A stretch of 64,000 nucleotides of DNA. Origin: Laetmonice hystrix. Lineage: Eukaryota. This document shows, piece after piece, positions 36,988 to 49,198 of the stretch (position 1 is its first letter; each line of letters opens with the position of its first letter). The stretch is taken from positions 13,518,001 through 13,582,000 of the forward strand of contig OZ249436.1 in the NCBI GenBank assembly GCA_965235115.1. The letters run 5' to 3'. The notes under the pieces were generated by a model. That model did not search any database. It saw only the letters and a program-made list of their open reading frames with translations, and was not told the origin of the DNA. Made by a program: the position numbers and the translations under genes.

Positions 36988-37060
36988 TGCCGTCGGCAGG
37001 ATTCGAACCCACCACGGCGGCATCACCGTCCAGCGCTGTTACCTTTTCGGCCACAGCGAC
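36988..37060 (-). pseudogene. tRNA-derived sequence (SINE head or tRNA pseudogene) within a repeat
   Basis: GTCGCTGTGGCCGAAAAGGTAACAGCG...GTGGGTTCGAATCCTGCCGACGGCA: A box, B box, 73 nt, partial acceptor stem. Anticodon arm poorly paired. Confidence 0.6.
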
Positions 37061-37691
37061 GCCTACCTATCCTCGCGGTGCTATCGATATAGACCCTCGC
37101 TTCGCTCGGGCCTATATCGATAGCACCTCTCGGTTTTGTTTTTTCTCTCTCGAGAAAACACCTCGATTTTCTCGTTGTTTTCTCTCGAAGTGAGCTGTCA
37201 TACAACATATTAGCAATGAATAATGATTTTATGTACTTGGGCAGAATAATGATTTCATGTACTTAAAAAAAATATCCCTTAAAAATAAACAGAAGGGCAC
37301 CATTAAGGACAACGGAAAGGGTCTCCCATGCGACCTTCAGCAAGAATAGTAGAATGGATTCTACTCTTTTTTGCTTTAAGCAAGAATAACATGTATAGGC
37401 CACTTTTTGTGACCTCAGCGCCCCCTATGAACGACTGAGCTGGAGATGTACAAACAAAGCGACGCGGTTCAGTGCCGAGAGAACGTAATTGTCCAAATAA
37501 TTCCGAATTTACTATTAAAGAAAGAAGAAAATAGAGAGAAAAACTCATGCCGGACAGCTTCGGCCGCAACTCCCACAATTAATACTGCCGCACAGATACC
37601 GCCGAGCCCCCTGCAGTTGTCAACGGGGCCACCTCAGTGGATCATAGAGAACGCTGCGGTATTCTGCTTCAGCGTCCCTCATTCCACCTAA

Positions 37692-37933
37692 GGGGCAGAC
37701 CATTTAATAGCGGGGGAGGGTATGGTTTTTCTTTCTGACCAAACTTTTTATACTTGCAACAAAACAATAAACATAAATAAACAATCTCTTTTTTTCACAC
37801 ACATTGCTGAACAAACTATTTTATTTCACACATGTATATTTGGTAACAAACTATTTTTTGGGGGTCAACTCGGCAACCAACTTTTTTTAACGAAAAAACC
37901 ATACCCCTCCCCCGCTATTGAATGCTCTGCCAG
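37692..37933. mobile_element. MITE with TAA TSD (Harbinger/Zator-like)
   Basis: ggcagaccatttaatagcgggggagggtatggttttt vs aaaaaccatacccctcccccgctattgaatgctctgcc. taa on both flanks. Confidence 0.7.
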
Positions 37934-38217
37934 TAATGTTATGTTGACACGTTGACCGGGTGTTTAAAAATGGATACTAATCGAGCAGGACTCGTGTCCA
38001 CCACGTCCAAGTGGAACGAGGGGCCGATCGCTTGTGCCCAGCGAAGTGTGACGAGAGTGTGATATCTTCGGCAATGTTACACTGCTCGGGATCGGAAGCG
38101 TCTGCAGTGTGTTATGTGGCCAGAGAGCCGTGACGAGAGTGTGATATGTGACCAGGGAGCCGTGACGAGAGTGTGATATTTTCGGAAATATCCCACTGCT
38201 CGGTACGCCTTGGTGTA

Positions 38218-38324
38218 TACGTATGGTATCACACTGTTGCTCGCGGGATATCTGAATAACCTCTCGGCTTCGCCTCGCGGTTATCCAGATATCCCCTCTC
38301 GCAACAGTGTGATACCCTTACGTA
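38218..38324. repeat. Long bulged hairpin with GGCTTCGCC apex (end of a Crypton-like non-autonomous repeat)
   Basis: tacgta.ggtatcacactgttgc / gcaacagtgtgatacc.ttacgta and gggatatctg.ataacc / ggttat.cagatatccc stems. Preceded by three gtgacgagagtgtgatat units. Confidence 0.6.
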
Positions 38325-39360
38325 ACTAACTGATGGACACTTAGACATGAGCTAGGTGGCTTCTGGGCAATGTATGAATTTCACCTCGGATCCTGAAATT
38401 ATATACACATGTATTATGGTGGAAACACCAGTGCACGTTTTACCACTTGCCACTTCCCTAGACAGGATAATGCCAGGAAACAATTGAGGCTGTACCTGCC
38501 GGGCGTGGGGGGGGGGGGGGGGCGTGGTGGTGGTGAAATATGAGCTATTACTTAACCCATCCTACCACCATGGCCAGAACGACCTCTCCACCAGACTGCA
38601 CAATGGGAAACCGTTAACATCTTTAAACCATTTTCGCAACCACCATTTTCCAGGTACCCATTTAGGAACCTTCCCCTAATTTTTAAAACCACAAATAATT
38701 GGCCCCATCACCGTTTCCCTGTAGATCGTTTTTGACCTTACTGGCCAATATCTTTGTCGTGTAGAGCCCTCACCTTATGTTTTCTTTGTCCATTAAAGCA
38801 AATTGCTGCCTCTGATACCTAGTTATAAGTTTACCACAACATATAGTTACTATTGGAATGTTCTAAATCACATTAAATGGTACTGGAATGAATTATTTCT
38901 GTCTAACAGTTTATAGTGCAGGATTATGAAATACGATCATCACATGCACTTACAAAGCGTGTAATACAAATGAAATATCCCATAGTACTGCATCCCAACA
39001 GTATGTACATTACCAACCATTACCCATTTTGGTGTACAGTAAATAAATATTTTATTTTGGTGTACAGTAAATAAATATTTTAAAAACTTAACATACACAT
39101 GTACAACCATGTGTACGGGCATAAGTATTCATTCCAATTATGTATAAGATAAAACCATCAACATAAAATGTAACATGTACAGGTATAAAACCCGACCCTA
39201 CTAAAGTCCCCAGAGCTCTGTTTCTTTTTAGCTGATCTGATTTTTTGGTACAGTTTGTGACTATGATTGTTGAATCATGAAAATTTCAGGTGTCACAAGA
39301 TAATACAGGCAACACATACAGTAATATCATTATTGCCTTTTTCTAAATTTATTGTCCTTG

Positions 39361-42224
39361 TCAAAGTTCCTCCTTAATACCAAGTATGTTATCACGGACC
39401 ATATCCAAAGCCTTCAATATTAGCTGTTTGAATTCTTCAACATCGACTATTGTATCTGCTCTGTTATTATGTGGGTCAGAATTCATCTGTCTGTGCAAGT
39501 GTTCATGAGTGTTGTGCCAGACGAAGTATGATCCTACTGACTGTAAGACGTTTCCAAATTCTATGTGATTAACAGAGGCCTTGTATGGCACCAGTTGCAC
39601 TGCCACGGCATGAAGGGGACGAAAGATAGCATTCATGAGACCAGCACCATTGACTCCTACGATGACTGCATAACGCTGCACTAGAGACACCTGGAGAAAC
39701 ACAATGAAAACATCACAATCGTTTGAAAACAAGATTTGTCACTATCCTTCAAAACTTCCAATAAGCCCTTTATGTTATCTCATGCTAGAATAACTGATGT
39801 AATTGATTTAATAAATGATTTACCTGTTCCCTGATGGTAAGTCCTTCAAATCGGATAAGGTCAATCTCCACATCTGGTCGCACTGCTTCTAATAATGCAG
39901 GTTCATTCAGTATACGCCTCCGATTTGATCTGTAAACAACGTATATTTAGTACAACAGCTGTGAACAGACAGTGAACAGTATCAGTTTAAAGGTACAATT
40001 GTCTTTTTCTCAAGGCCCTTATTCCCTTTTGGAAAGAAAATCAACTTCCTTCAAAAAAATATTTCTCAAACAGATATTATTAACTGTTAGTTTATCTTGA
40101 TGTATCAAAACCAAGACATATGTGTCGCTCTGAAACATTTCAGCAGAAATACCAAGTTATCACTAGAGATTTTGAAGTGTGCAAATGGGCAGTATTTAGT
40201 AGTAATGCAAACCTGGAAATTAGTCCCACTCTTAAATTATCAACGGTCAAGGGACGTTCAAGAACATGCAATCGAGACTTCATGAACCCAGCAAACCCTC
40301 TGATAACATCAGAGTTTCCATAGTCCACACTTGGCGTCTGTCAAGTGAAAAAAAACAATATAAATTGGACGCATGTATTTCCAAACTAACACAGTTCACT
40401 ACAACTGTGGTATCCTTAAATTCTAAACTGAAAGACTGGAAAATCTCTGTTGGCTCTCAGTGGCCAATTGTCAGGTTGTATTATGCAAAATCCATTTATA
40501 ATGTATTAAAATATTTCGGTGGTACATTTTTGTATCTGGAAGATAACCACTGGGGTTATCACATTTTTAGGCCAGTGTCATGACAAGGAATTAAAATTAA
40601 TGTTTTCAAAACTCGGTTGTGAAGTTCATTGAACAATTTCTATCATGTGCTGTAACATAGCTAGAATTTGACCTCAGTACCTGAGAAATATTTACACTTG
40701 CTATACTTGGTCTCTACAGTAACAGAAACTTGCATAAGCTTGATTCACTTACACCAAAGTAAACAGTCTTGAAGCAAACATTTGAAGAAGATTTCAGGAA
40801 GTCTTCATCAAGGGGAAGGAATGCCATCTCGTCCGTGGCCAGCAACTTAACAAATAAAAGAAACACCGTTATTGATAGAAACTTTACAAGGGGGCAGAAT
40901 GTTGCTTTACAAGGGAATCTTATTTTATCATAGCATATGATCTTTGTGGGTCAAAGGTTTTCAAAAATATGCCCTCATTGATATTAATGTCACAAGACAA
41001 AAATATGCTTTGTCTACTTCACACTCGTGGGACAACTGTACTTCATCTTATTTGCACTGGTCCTCATTATGAAACATTCTTCCATTTGATATTACTCTTA
41101 AAATAACATGAAGCAATCTAGTAAGTGAATCTACCTTAATAAGTTGCATCCAATATTTTGAGGGCTGCTGAAAGCCACTTGTTTTCCAGTCCAGCATCTG
41201 GAATTAAAAAAGGAAGCAAACTTTCAAATAACTTTGTTCAAGATCAGCAATTAAACAGGCTATTTTCATTTGAAACAAATACTGACTATCTCTTTCAATG
41301 ACTCCAAATTTATGCAGATATAGGCTGTTTAGGTTAGATAAGGCTATAGACTACATTTATCAATACATGACTGTATAGCCACATAAATGGAGAAATCTAA
41401 TGAAATTCAATATTCCAGTTGCCTGTTCATCGGTTCGTTGCCCCATGAATTTCACTGGCTGTTCAAGTCAATGCCAGATCAACCAGCCATAAGTTGATTG
41501 TTTCATAGCAACAACAGGCGACTGAAATGTCAAATTACATTTTTCCATTTCTGTCGTTGATTTATGTAGCCTAAGGCCTTAACTATCCTAACAGCCCATG
41601 TCTTCATTCTGAGGTAATTGAACTAAGCAATAATCAGTGTAAAATAAAATTTGGAGTGCTGGCATACATATCTGATAACTTTTCAGTGCTTAGAAATAAT
41701 TAATGTGTCCTCCCTGGTGATATGTTACTAAATTATGCCCATTTATCCATATATTTAGGTTAACATGTACATGCCTGCATTCTGGAGGATTCCACTGTGG
41801 GCATGAGGACTCGTGTTGGCTGTAAATCATCCGTCTTTTGGTTATAATATAGTGCATAATACATTGGAATTGTCACATCATAGTGCAGATGAAAATAGTT
41901 ACTACCTCTGGAATGATAGTAAACTGTGAATGCAAAGCCTTCATCATACTCCTTACTGCACTGCTGTTCATGCAGTGTCAGGTTGGCTTTGATTGGCCAT
42001 ACCTGTGTAGAATACAAACATGTAATATTTGGGTTCTGGTTGCCTGGTTGGTAGAGGAATGCTTCACTAGAAGAACTAAGCATGACGTTCGTTATCTTAC
42101 ACCATGCCCCTGGGTAGTGGCCTTGCAGACTGGATATATGGGCAGGGGTCCAGGCTCCTTGTACTTCTTGCCAATATGTCAGTGCTAACATGCACAACAA
42201 TGCCGCAGTCAAGAAAATCATCAT
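39361..42224 (-). CDS. Glycosyltransferase family 61 (DUF563; EOGT/POMGNT2-like), ~388 aa, signal peptide and C-terminal KEEL
   Basis: Exons 41775-42224 (GC donor), 41135-41197, 40753-40845, 40213-40337, 39824-39929, 39361-39690, all in phase. GT61 motifs: NYFHLHYD..IP, VCFK.V.FG, LISR..RRRILNE..L, FE.L...EQV, IVGVNGAGLMNAIF, VQLVPY, DT.VD.EEF. Confidence 0.85.
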
Positions 42225-44315
42225 AGCCCAAAGTCCTGGAAAAAAATGGAACTCAATTAAAACACTACAGAGAATCTGAGACAATACCTGGCCTAAAACT
42301 GACATTTGTGGAGATATGCAACTACAATGTATACATGCACCTGAAAAAAATCTGCGACAATGTATGTTTGTAATCCACAGTATATTGGGACCTTATCCGA
42401 CTTACATTTAAATATGGTTGTGTTGCACAATAAAGAAGATGAAGCCTTATTTTAAAACCTTTTACTTACATATGTTATTAGACATTTTAATTTACTGTGT
42501 ATATCATAGGCCATCAGCCACATACATTAGTAAAATTATATGCAATTGCATGCATTGATGTATAACTTTGCGGTATAACATGCGTATGCCCAAAGGCATA
42601 CACACAGTACATGGTGGTTGGCCATGCATTATTATCTACACAATCACATACAGTCCCAATTTTATGGGCATCTCAGAACTTGACAAGAGACCGCTTGGAC
42701 TGGAGAAGGGCATCCTAGAGTTGTTGGCTAACCAGTATAGGGCAGAATCATAAACCTACATGGGTCAGTATAATATACAGTGCATCAGCTGTGGCCTTAA
42801 TTTAACAATGAATCTGACACTGGAGTATGAATTATATATTATGAATTATTTAAAGGGACCTCAGGCATCCATTTAAAGCCTGTCCGAAAACCAGTGAAAA
42901 AACAACCACCACATAGTTGCCAACATGTGAGGTAAAAAAGTGGTAGATCCTTTTCTGGCCTGTGTAGCAGGCCATACCGATGCACTAAAGGCATGTGGGC
43001 CTAATAGGGGGGTCCAGCAGCATGCTCCCCTGGAAAATATCTGGCGATCAATAGAAATTGAGTTAGCAAAATTCAGTCAAAAAAAAATCAAATTTTTAAT
43101 ATTTCTTTAACAGCTGCAAGACTTCCAGCTCTAAAAGCTGAACTTCGAAGGCCCATGGCCATACATAGCCATAGGTTGTCTGAGTCACTTGATTAGCCAG
43201 AAATCTTCTACTTTTTAAAAGTGGACCTTACACTATATATCTTTGCCCTCCCATTAAATATCATTAAGCCTTTCAGTAGGCCGTAATTGCAGATTATTCA
43301 ATGCCTATATTGTTTAGAAAAGTCCAATTGTATTATTAAATTAAATCTAAACCATTCATTGTTATAAATAAATGTTATCTAGTTGACTAGGCTAGTTAAC
43401 TATGGCTATGCAGGCCTATGGCTATGCCTATGGACAGTCAGTACGGTAGGCTACTATTACTAATTAAATGTCATAATTAAACTTTCACAGAGAGTAATAG
43501 TCTGTTGATCGATCTAGGCCTTAGGCCTATATCAATCAACAGTGTGATCAGAGTCCCGCCTACAGTAAAGTGTATTTGTCTGTAGCATTGATATCGAAGC
43601 CGTCCGTCCACATCGTCCACACAGAGAGTGGCTGCACAGTGACTGAGTGAGTCAGTCAGTGGGAGTAGGAGGCAGCGCCAGCGGTACCACTGCCAGCCTG
43701 CTCTAGGCTACTGCGGAACAACCGTTTACGTCGGTGATCTACTATTAGGTTCTGCCCTCAACCCATTCTTCATCCCACAACTTACCCAGTAGGATTAGAA
43801 ATATCTATATAGGGCCTACTATAATAGGCCTAGTAATCAATGCATACTTTTACCAGCTCGATGTCTGCGACCCGCCTTCTTCTGCACAGTGTCCGCCGCG
43901 CCGCCTGTCGGCGAGAGTAGGGCGACAAATATGTGCAGCGGGAAAACCGAAAACTAATATTTAGTACCGCTAATACACACTAGATGGCAATATACAGAGC
44001 AGAGGCGTTGATAAGCCGGAGATGCTTTCTTGCGATATTTTAGCCGCTTGTAGCCTGCTTGGTGGGGGCGAAAGGTGACAGGGATGAATGGGTGGCACTT
44101 GACGCTTGATAAATTCATTGATAATTTGCCTAAAGTGGTAAGTATTTGGGGGACAGAGCTATGCATGCATGGCAGGGCTCCCAGTACGGCGACCCAGTCA
44201 GTGAGTCACTGGAGTCGAGACAGATGGAGACAGTACAGTAGGCCTACTCAGTAACAGACTCTACTGACTGGTAGTGGTAGTGGTACTGGTAGTGCCACTA
44301 CTACTGGCACCACTA

Positions 44316-44832
44316 CAGACCTGCCAAGTCCCCCGGTTTCACCGGGGGACTCCCGGTTTTTAACCTAATCCCCCGTCCCCCCGGTATGTCACAATTTTCT
44401 CACGGTAAATTGAAAACTCATGTATGCACACAAATGTACAAAAAACACAAGAAAAAAAGATAGATTGGACAATTGAGTATGTTTTTAAGTACATGTAGCA
44501 ACTATAGATCTATATGCAACGCAGAACACTAAAAAAGGATACATAAAGAGAAAAGAAACAACATAAAGGAGCAGATGTCTTAGGACAATTTTTTATTTTA
44601 AATTTATTAAACTGATGGTATGTAAGTTGTGTACTTTATGTGTAGAATGTAGTGGCTCCATACTAACGTTTCTCCCCCACTCATAGGTCTATATCAGCTT
44701 CATAATGTAGTCTCCAGGTTTTTCACCAAAATCTCCAGGTTTTCCCCCCCAAATCCCCCGGTTTTCCTCCCAATTTCCAGGTTTTTGGACACCAATCTCC
44801 CGGTTTCTTCTCTCTGTAGGTTGGCAGGTCTG
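44316..44832. mobile_element. hAT-like MITE (CAG...CTG, 6-bp TSD CCACTA)
   Basis: cagacctgccaa / ttggcaggtctg TIR. ccacta at 44310-44315 and 44833-44838. Repeated tcccggttt subterminal motif. Confidence 0.8.
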
Positions 44833-44943
44833 CCACTAGTCTAGTGGTACTAGTACTAAGTACTACTACTACTGCTACAGTACCTACTACCAGTGCCAGT
44901 AGTGGTACTGACCAAGTACATATAACATAGGGCCATCATTCAT

Positions 44944-45948
44944 AGACCGGGGAGAAATGGGACACTAGGATCAGCTCTAAACATGTGTGTTCACTATTTC
45001 TAGATTATCAAGAATAATCAAATGTTTCTGTTTTCTGAAGGAAGAATAATGATAGCCCCTTGCTTTGTACTACAATGTATTCATTAATACCACAATTTGA
45101 TTCAGTTTTGCGCATTGCCGTATTTTTCTTTTTACATGACATGGCCATGGGGAGAAATGGGACACCCCCAGGGAGAAATGGGACACCACCTTGGGAGAAA
45201 TGGGACAAGGCAGATAAAGTTGCTATGAAGCTATTATCTGCTACTATAATTATGTTAATTTTACTTTGCTTTAATCAATATTAATATATTTGTTCTGATA
45301 CAAGATCAACACTGCATATTTTCCAGTCTTTTGAGAAGCAGTTTGAAAGTGCCAGGGAGAAATGGGACACCGCTGTGGAAGAACATGGAGAAATGGGACA
45401 CCTGCAGGGCCGTAGCCTGACCAAAATACGCGGGGGCGGGGCAGTAGGCATGCTGAATGATAGCACCTCAATGCTCCAGTCGAGCTGGTCCGGGGTGTGG
45501 GTAAAAAAACACAAAAATCTGGAAATCCCAGGGGGGCAGCTGCCCCCTGCCCCCCGCAGGCTATGGCCCTGACCTGTGTCCCATTTCTCCCCAGGGTCAC
45601 TTCGAGAAAAAAAATGGCGGTCATTGCATTTGTAATCAAGAGACATAATTAAAACATACCCCCTTAAATGTCATCTTCTTGCACTGTAATCACACTACCT
45701 TTATCAAGGGAGAAGTTAGGGCACAATAAGAAATAAATTTCAAGTGTAAAAAAAAAGTTTTAGAGGCAAAAATGTGTCAATTCATTCTAGTACTTGCCCA
45801 CTCTATGTTATGATGCCCCCAAGACCACATGGACATGACCGGATGTAGGGCAGAAGACACGTGCTATTTTGAACCTGATTTGATAATGAATTTTGACAAA
45901 ATGAGAGGGTGTCCCATTTCTCCCCTGTCCCATTTCGCCCCGGTCTCC
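44944..45948. mobile_element. pogo-like (Tc1/mariner) non-autonomous element with GGAGAAATGGGACA repeats
   Basis: agaccggggagaaatgggaca / tgtcccatttcgccccggtct ends, TA-flanked. Several internal copies of the same motif. Confidence 0.75.
45405..45571. mobile_element. Short CAGGGCCGTAGCC MITE nested in the pogo-like element (5-bp TSD ACCTG)
   Basis: cagggccgtagcctg / caggctatggccctg. acctg at 45400-45404 and 45572-45576. Confidence 0.8.
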
Positions 45949-46112
45949 TACTCATACTCATAGACTCATAGAGTCAGACTCATAGGCCTACTCACTAAGT
46001 ACTCTAACACGTTACTGATACTAGATCCATCTCCACTGATCGGCAGTGCTCTAACGTTAGTACTTAGTAATAGTAGCCTACTATTCTACCTAGCCTAGGC
46101 CTAGATAAGAAT

Positions 46113-46301
46113 CAGGGGCGGATCTAGGGTCTATATTCAGGGGGGTCCTATGGGGGTCCAGCATAAAAAGGGCAAATCGAGGGGGGGGGGGGGTCCGTTG
46201 TAAAAACAATAAGGCATTTTGGTTATAAAAAATTAAATTTGGCAAATTTGAGGGGGGTCAGGACGTCGCCGACCCCCCCCCCCCCCCCGGATTCGCCACT
46301 G
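46113..46301. mobile_element. CAGGGGCGGATC MITE (6-bp TSD AAGAAT)
   Basis: caggggcggatct / ggattcgccactg. aagaat on both flanks. Confidence 0.8.
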
Positions 46302-46688
46302 AAGAATAGGTGGTAGCCCTGGCCTAGTAGGCCTACTTACTGTACAACTTCACAAGTCGGATCGGAGACACGCACGGTCAAAGAGTCTCTTGTATTACAC
46401 ACGAATGTAATTTTGAGAATAAAGTTTATATGTATTTATTTATTTAGCCCTGAAACATAATGAATTCTTTTGTCCTTTGAAACTGAAAGTGGTGGTTATT
46501 CTGCCAGCAGACAGCAGAATAAATAAATTAGTATGACTTATTACTGACACGAAACTATAGGTTAGGGTTAAGGTTAGGGCTGAGTTAGTGTTAGCAATGT
46601 TAGTTTAGTCCCAAATTTTTGTTAATTAGGCACTAGGCCTAATTAGATAATTTGCTATTCTACCGCCAGACATCATCCAAGAACCCAG

Positions 46689-46795
46689 GGGTGCGTTTCA
46701 CAACCATCATTATCCTGTCGTGCGTTAAAATCCCCATTGAAAATACATCAGTGTTAACAATACGACAAGCCAACGACAGGCTGAGAAACACACCC
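46689..46795. mobile_element. Harbinger-like MITE, copy 2 (CAG TSD)
   Basis: cag|gggtgcgtttc...gaaacacaccc|cag. Homologous to 32490-32606. Confidence 0.75.
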
Positions 46796-47866
46796 CAGTA
46801 TAGCAGTCACATGATATCCATATGCCGGCAAAATAACTACCCTATGCACTGCCTTGAAACAAATCCAGGGGCATGGATTCTGGAACAGGGGGTACAATTT
46901 TGCAGCTGGTCAGTGGTGGTTTTACCATAGACTCTGAGACCAAATTTCACATCTTGTAACAGTAGAAAATTTTCCACTTTCAAAACTGACTTTGGACAAC
47001 ATACAACGACCTGAAAATATTTAGATAACAAAATATTTTTTATGTCGAGCCATAGACTCCCGTGATAGGTTGTGTTTTGAATAACAAGATGGCCAACTTG
47101 GTCTCAATATATCACAACTGAGTCTATTGATGAAATTTGCAGGAGCTGCATGCCCACATCAATGGATCCATCAGTGAGGCAACTATACATAAACTGCTTG
47201 TGGAAAGAGACAGTTATGAAGACAAAGCAGTAATGGATCGTTTGAAAGAACAGTCAAAGGCCCTAAAAAATAGAGAAAACCAAACCCTGAACGAGTAAGT
47301 GATTTTTTCATATTGGAAATAAATACTTTTAAACCTGTTAAAACTTAAAGGGCATTTCTCAGTAGTTGTATATAAAAAATTTAAATCTTAAAAAATAGGA
47401 AAGCTTGGGGAGCTAGATGCTTACCATATATCAGGGTGGGCCCCAAAAAAACTGGAAAACTCTTTTCTTGACTATAACTTCCAGAATTTTTATCTCAATG
47501 TCACAATATTTTGCATGTGATATCATCTGGTCGAAACGTCTAAAAATAGTGCTATTTTTTAAAGTGTATGTCAAAAATTGCAATGCTGGACCAGGGCAGG
47601 TAATTACTGCCATCAAAGTTGGTACTCCTGCATCTGAATGACATGACATGTCAATCAAATACCACCTGCCAAGTCACAGGTGAGCCGTCAGACTCTTTTG
47701 ACAAATTTTATTTTTATCAGAATGAAAGTTTGATAAAATGCGTCATTACCTAGTCAGGGTAGAACCCACCAAGAAGTGGGCTTAGCTTCATCAACATTGA
47801 TCACACCACAGGGTGGGCTTTTTTCACAAAAAAGGGACAAATAATGGTAAAGATGTGGCACGTTCT

Positions 47867-48520
47867 TAGGCCCATCTGTTTTTCCGTTTTTTTTTCAAGG
47901 CAAATTCCATTTTTCCAAATGGCCATTTCCGTTTTTTTCAGAAAATTTTGTATTTTAATATTTCAGTTTTTACTTGTATATTTCCTTTTTTCGATTTTAA
48001 ATAAGTTTTTTACTGTTGTTTTACTGTATTTTCCAGATAGTTTTTCTTTTTTTTTTGAATATATATACCGTATATGTCCTATTTGCCGCGCACCTCCTAT
48101 TTGCCGCGCACCCCAGCATTTTTTTAAACCCAATGTGTTTGTCAGGGGTGGAAATTTGGGAAAACTCATATTGGGGACCTATTTGGAAAGAAAATGCCCC
48201 CTTAACGTTAAAATAATTCATTTGCCGCGCACCCCCCTTCTGCACACGCGCATGCGCGGCAAATAGGACATATACGGTATACTTCTAGCAGAATTTTTAG
48301 TAAAACACCTGTATAAGCAACAAATAAACACTTTTTCCCCAACAAATAATGTTTTTATGTGCAGCATTTAGGCACACAGGCATGATCACGTGCTTGAAAT
48401 TCGACCTACTGCCTAAAAAATCGCCGATTCCACAAATTTTTGAAAAAACAGGATTCCGTTTTCATGAGGCAATTCCGCGAATTCCATCTGTTTTCCGCGA
48501 TCGCGGAAAACAGATGGCCC
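47867..48520. mobile_element. hAT-like MITE (8-bp TSD CACGTTCT)
   Basis: taggcccatctgttttt.cg / cggaaaacagatggccc ends. cacgttct at 47859-47866 and 48521-48528. Confidence 0.75.
48068..48277. mobile_element. Tc1/mariner MITE nested in the hAT-like element (TA TSD)
   Basis: TA|ccgtatatgtcctatttgccgcgca ... tgcgcggcaaataggacatatacgg|TA, perfect 25-bp TIR. Confidence 0.85.
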
Positions 48521-49166
48521 CACGTTCTATATTCTGTTTACAGCAAGTTTTTGCATAAAAAATACCATTTAGATTATAGTATTCTTTTTGAAGTTATGCC
48601 TGGCATCTTGTCTCTGGTATTACAGCATAGATACTTTGGGTTGCATGCAAAATTTCATACTTAAAAAATGTCCAGTCCGTTATCCTGGATCCCCCACTAA
48701 GCTGTTTATAGGACATGAAGGTTAAAGCTGTGGCAGCCTTGTGTCAAAACTATGTCACATGCCAAATTTTTGTAGATCCATTTCTTACATTCATATTTTG
48801 CATTTCCTCTGTGTCACACTTATTTATCGTCTTTACCGTTAGCATACAAAATTAGCTTAATCTCCATGGTTCAAAGCTATTACCCCATAATCACCCCTTG
48901 TGATATAGTCCTATACGTGTAGTTTGGAATAATTTATTCCACCTTGAGTCACCTTCCAGTATATAGAGACAATCATCATATGTTCAAGACGGATTAGATC
49001 TTATTAATGTTGGCGTCTGTAAGCTTCTCAAGCTTGTTTTTATCCCATTTCCCTGACGGGGAAATGGGATTTTGATTTTGTATGGTTTCGTCTACACTAT
49101 TATTATTATTATCCCATTTCCCTGACGGGGAAATGGGATTTTGATTTTGTATGGTTTCGTCTACAC

Positions 49167-49198
<32 letters not shown>

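Noticed and set aside
36988..37060. Functional tRNA gene (also 49847-49919 and 50219-50291)
   Set aside because: Anticodon and acceptor stems are poorly paired and all are embedded in repeats. Treated as tRNA-derived sequences.
47143..47294. Possible + strand exon ELHAHINGSISEATIHKLLVERDSYEDKAVMDRLKEQSKALKNRENQTLN with ttgcag|...|gtaagt
   Set aside because: Isolated among repeat fragments, with no linked exons or family recognised.
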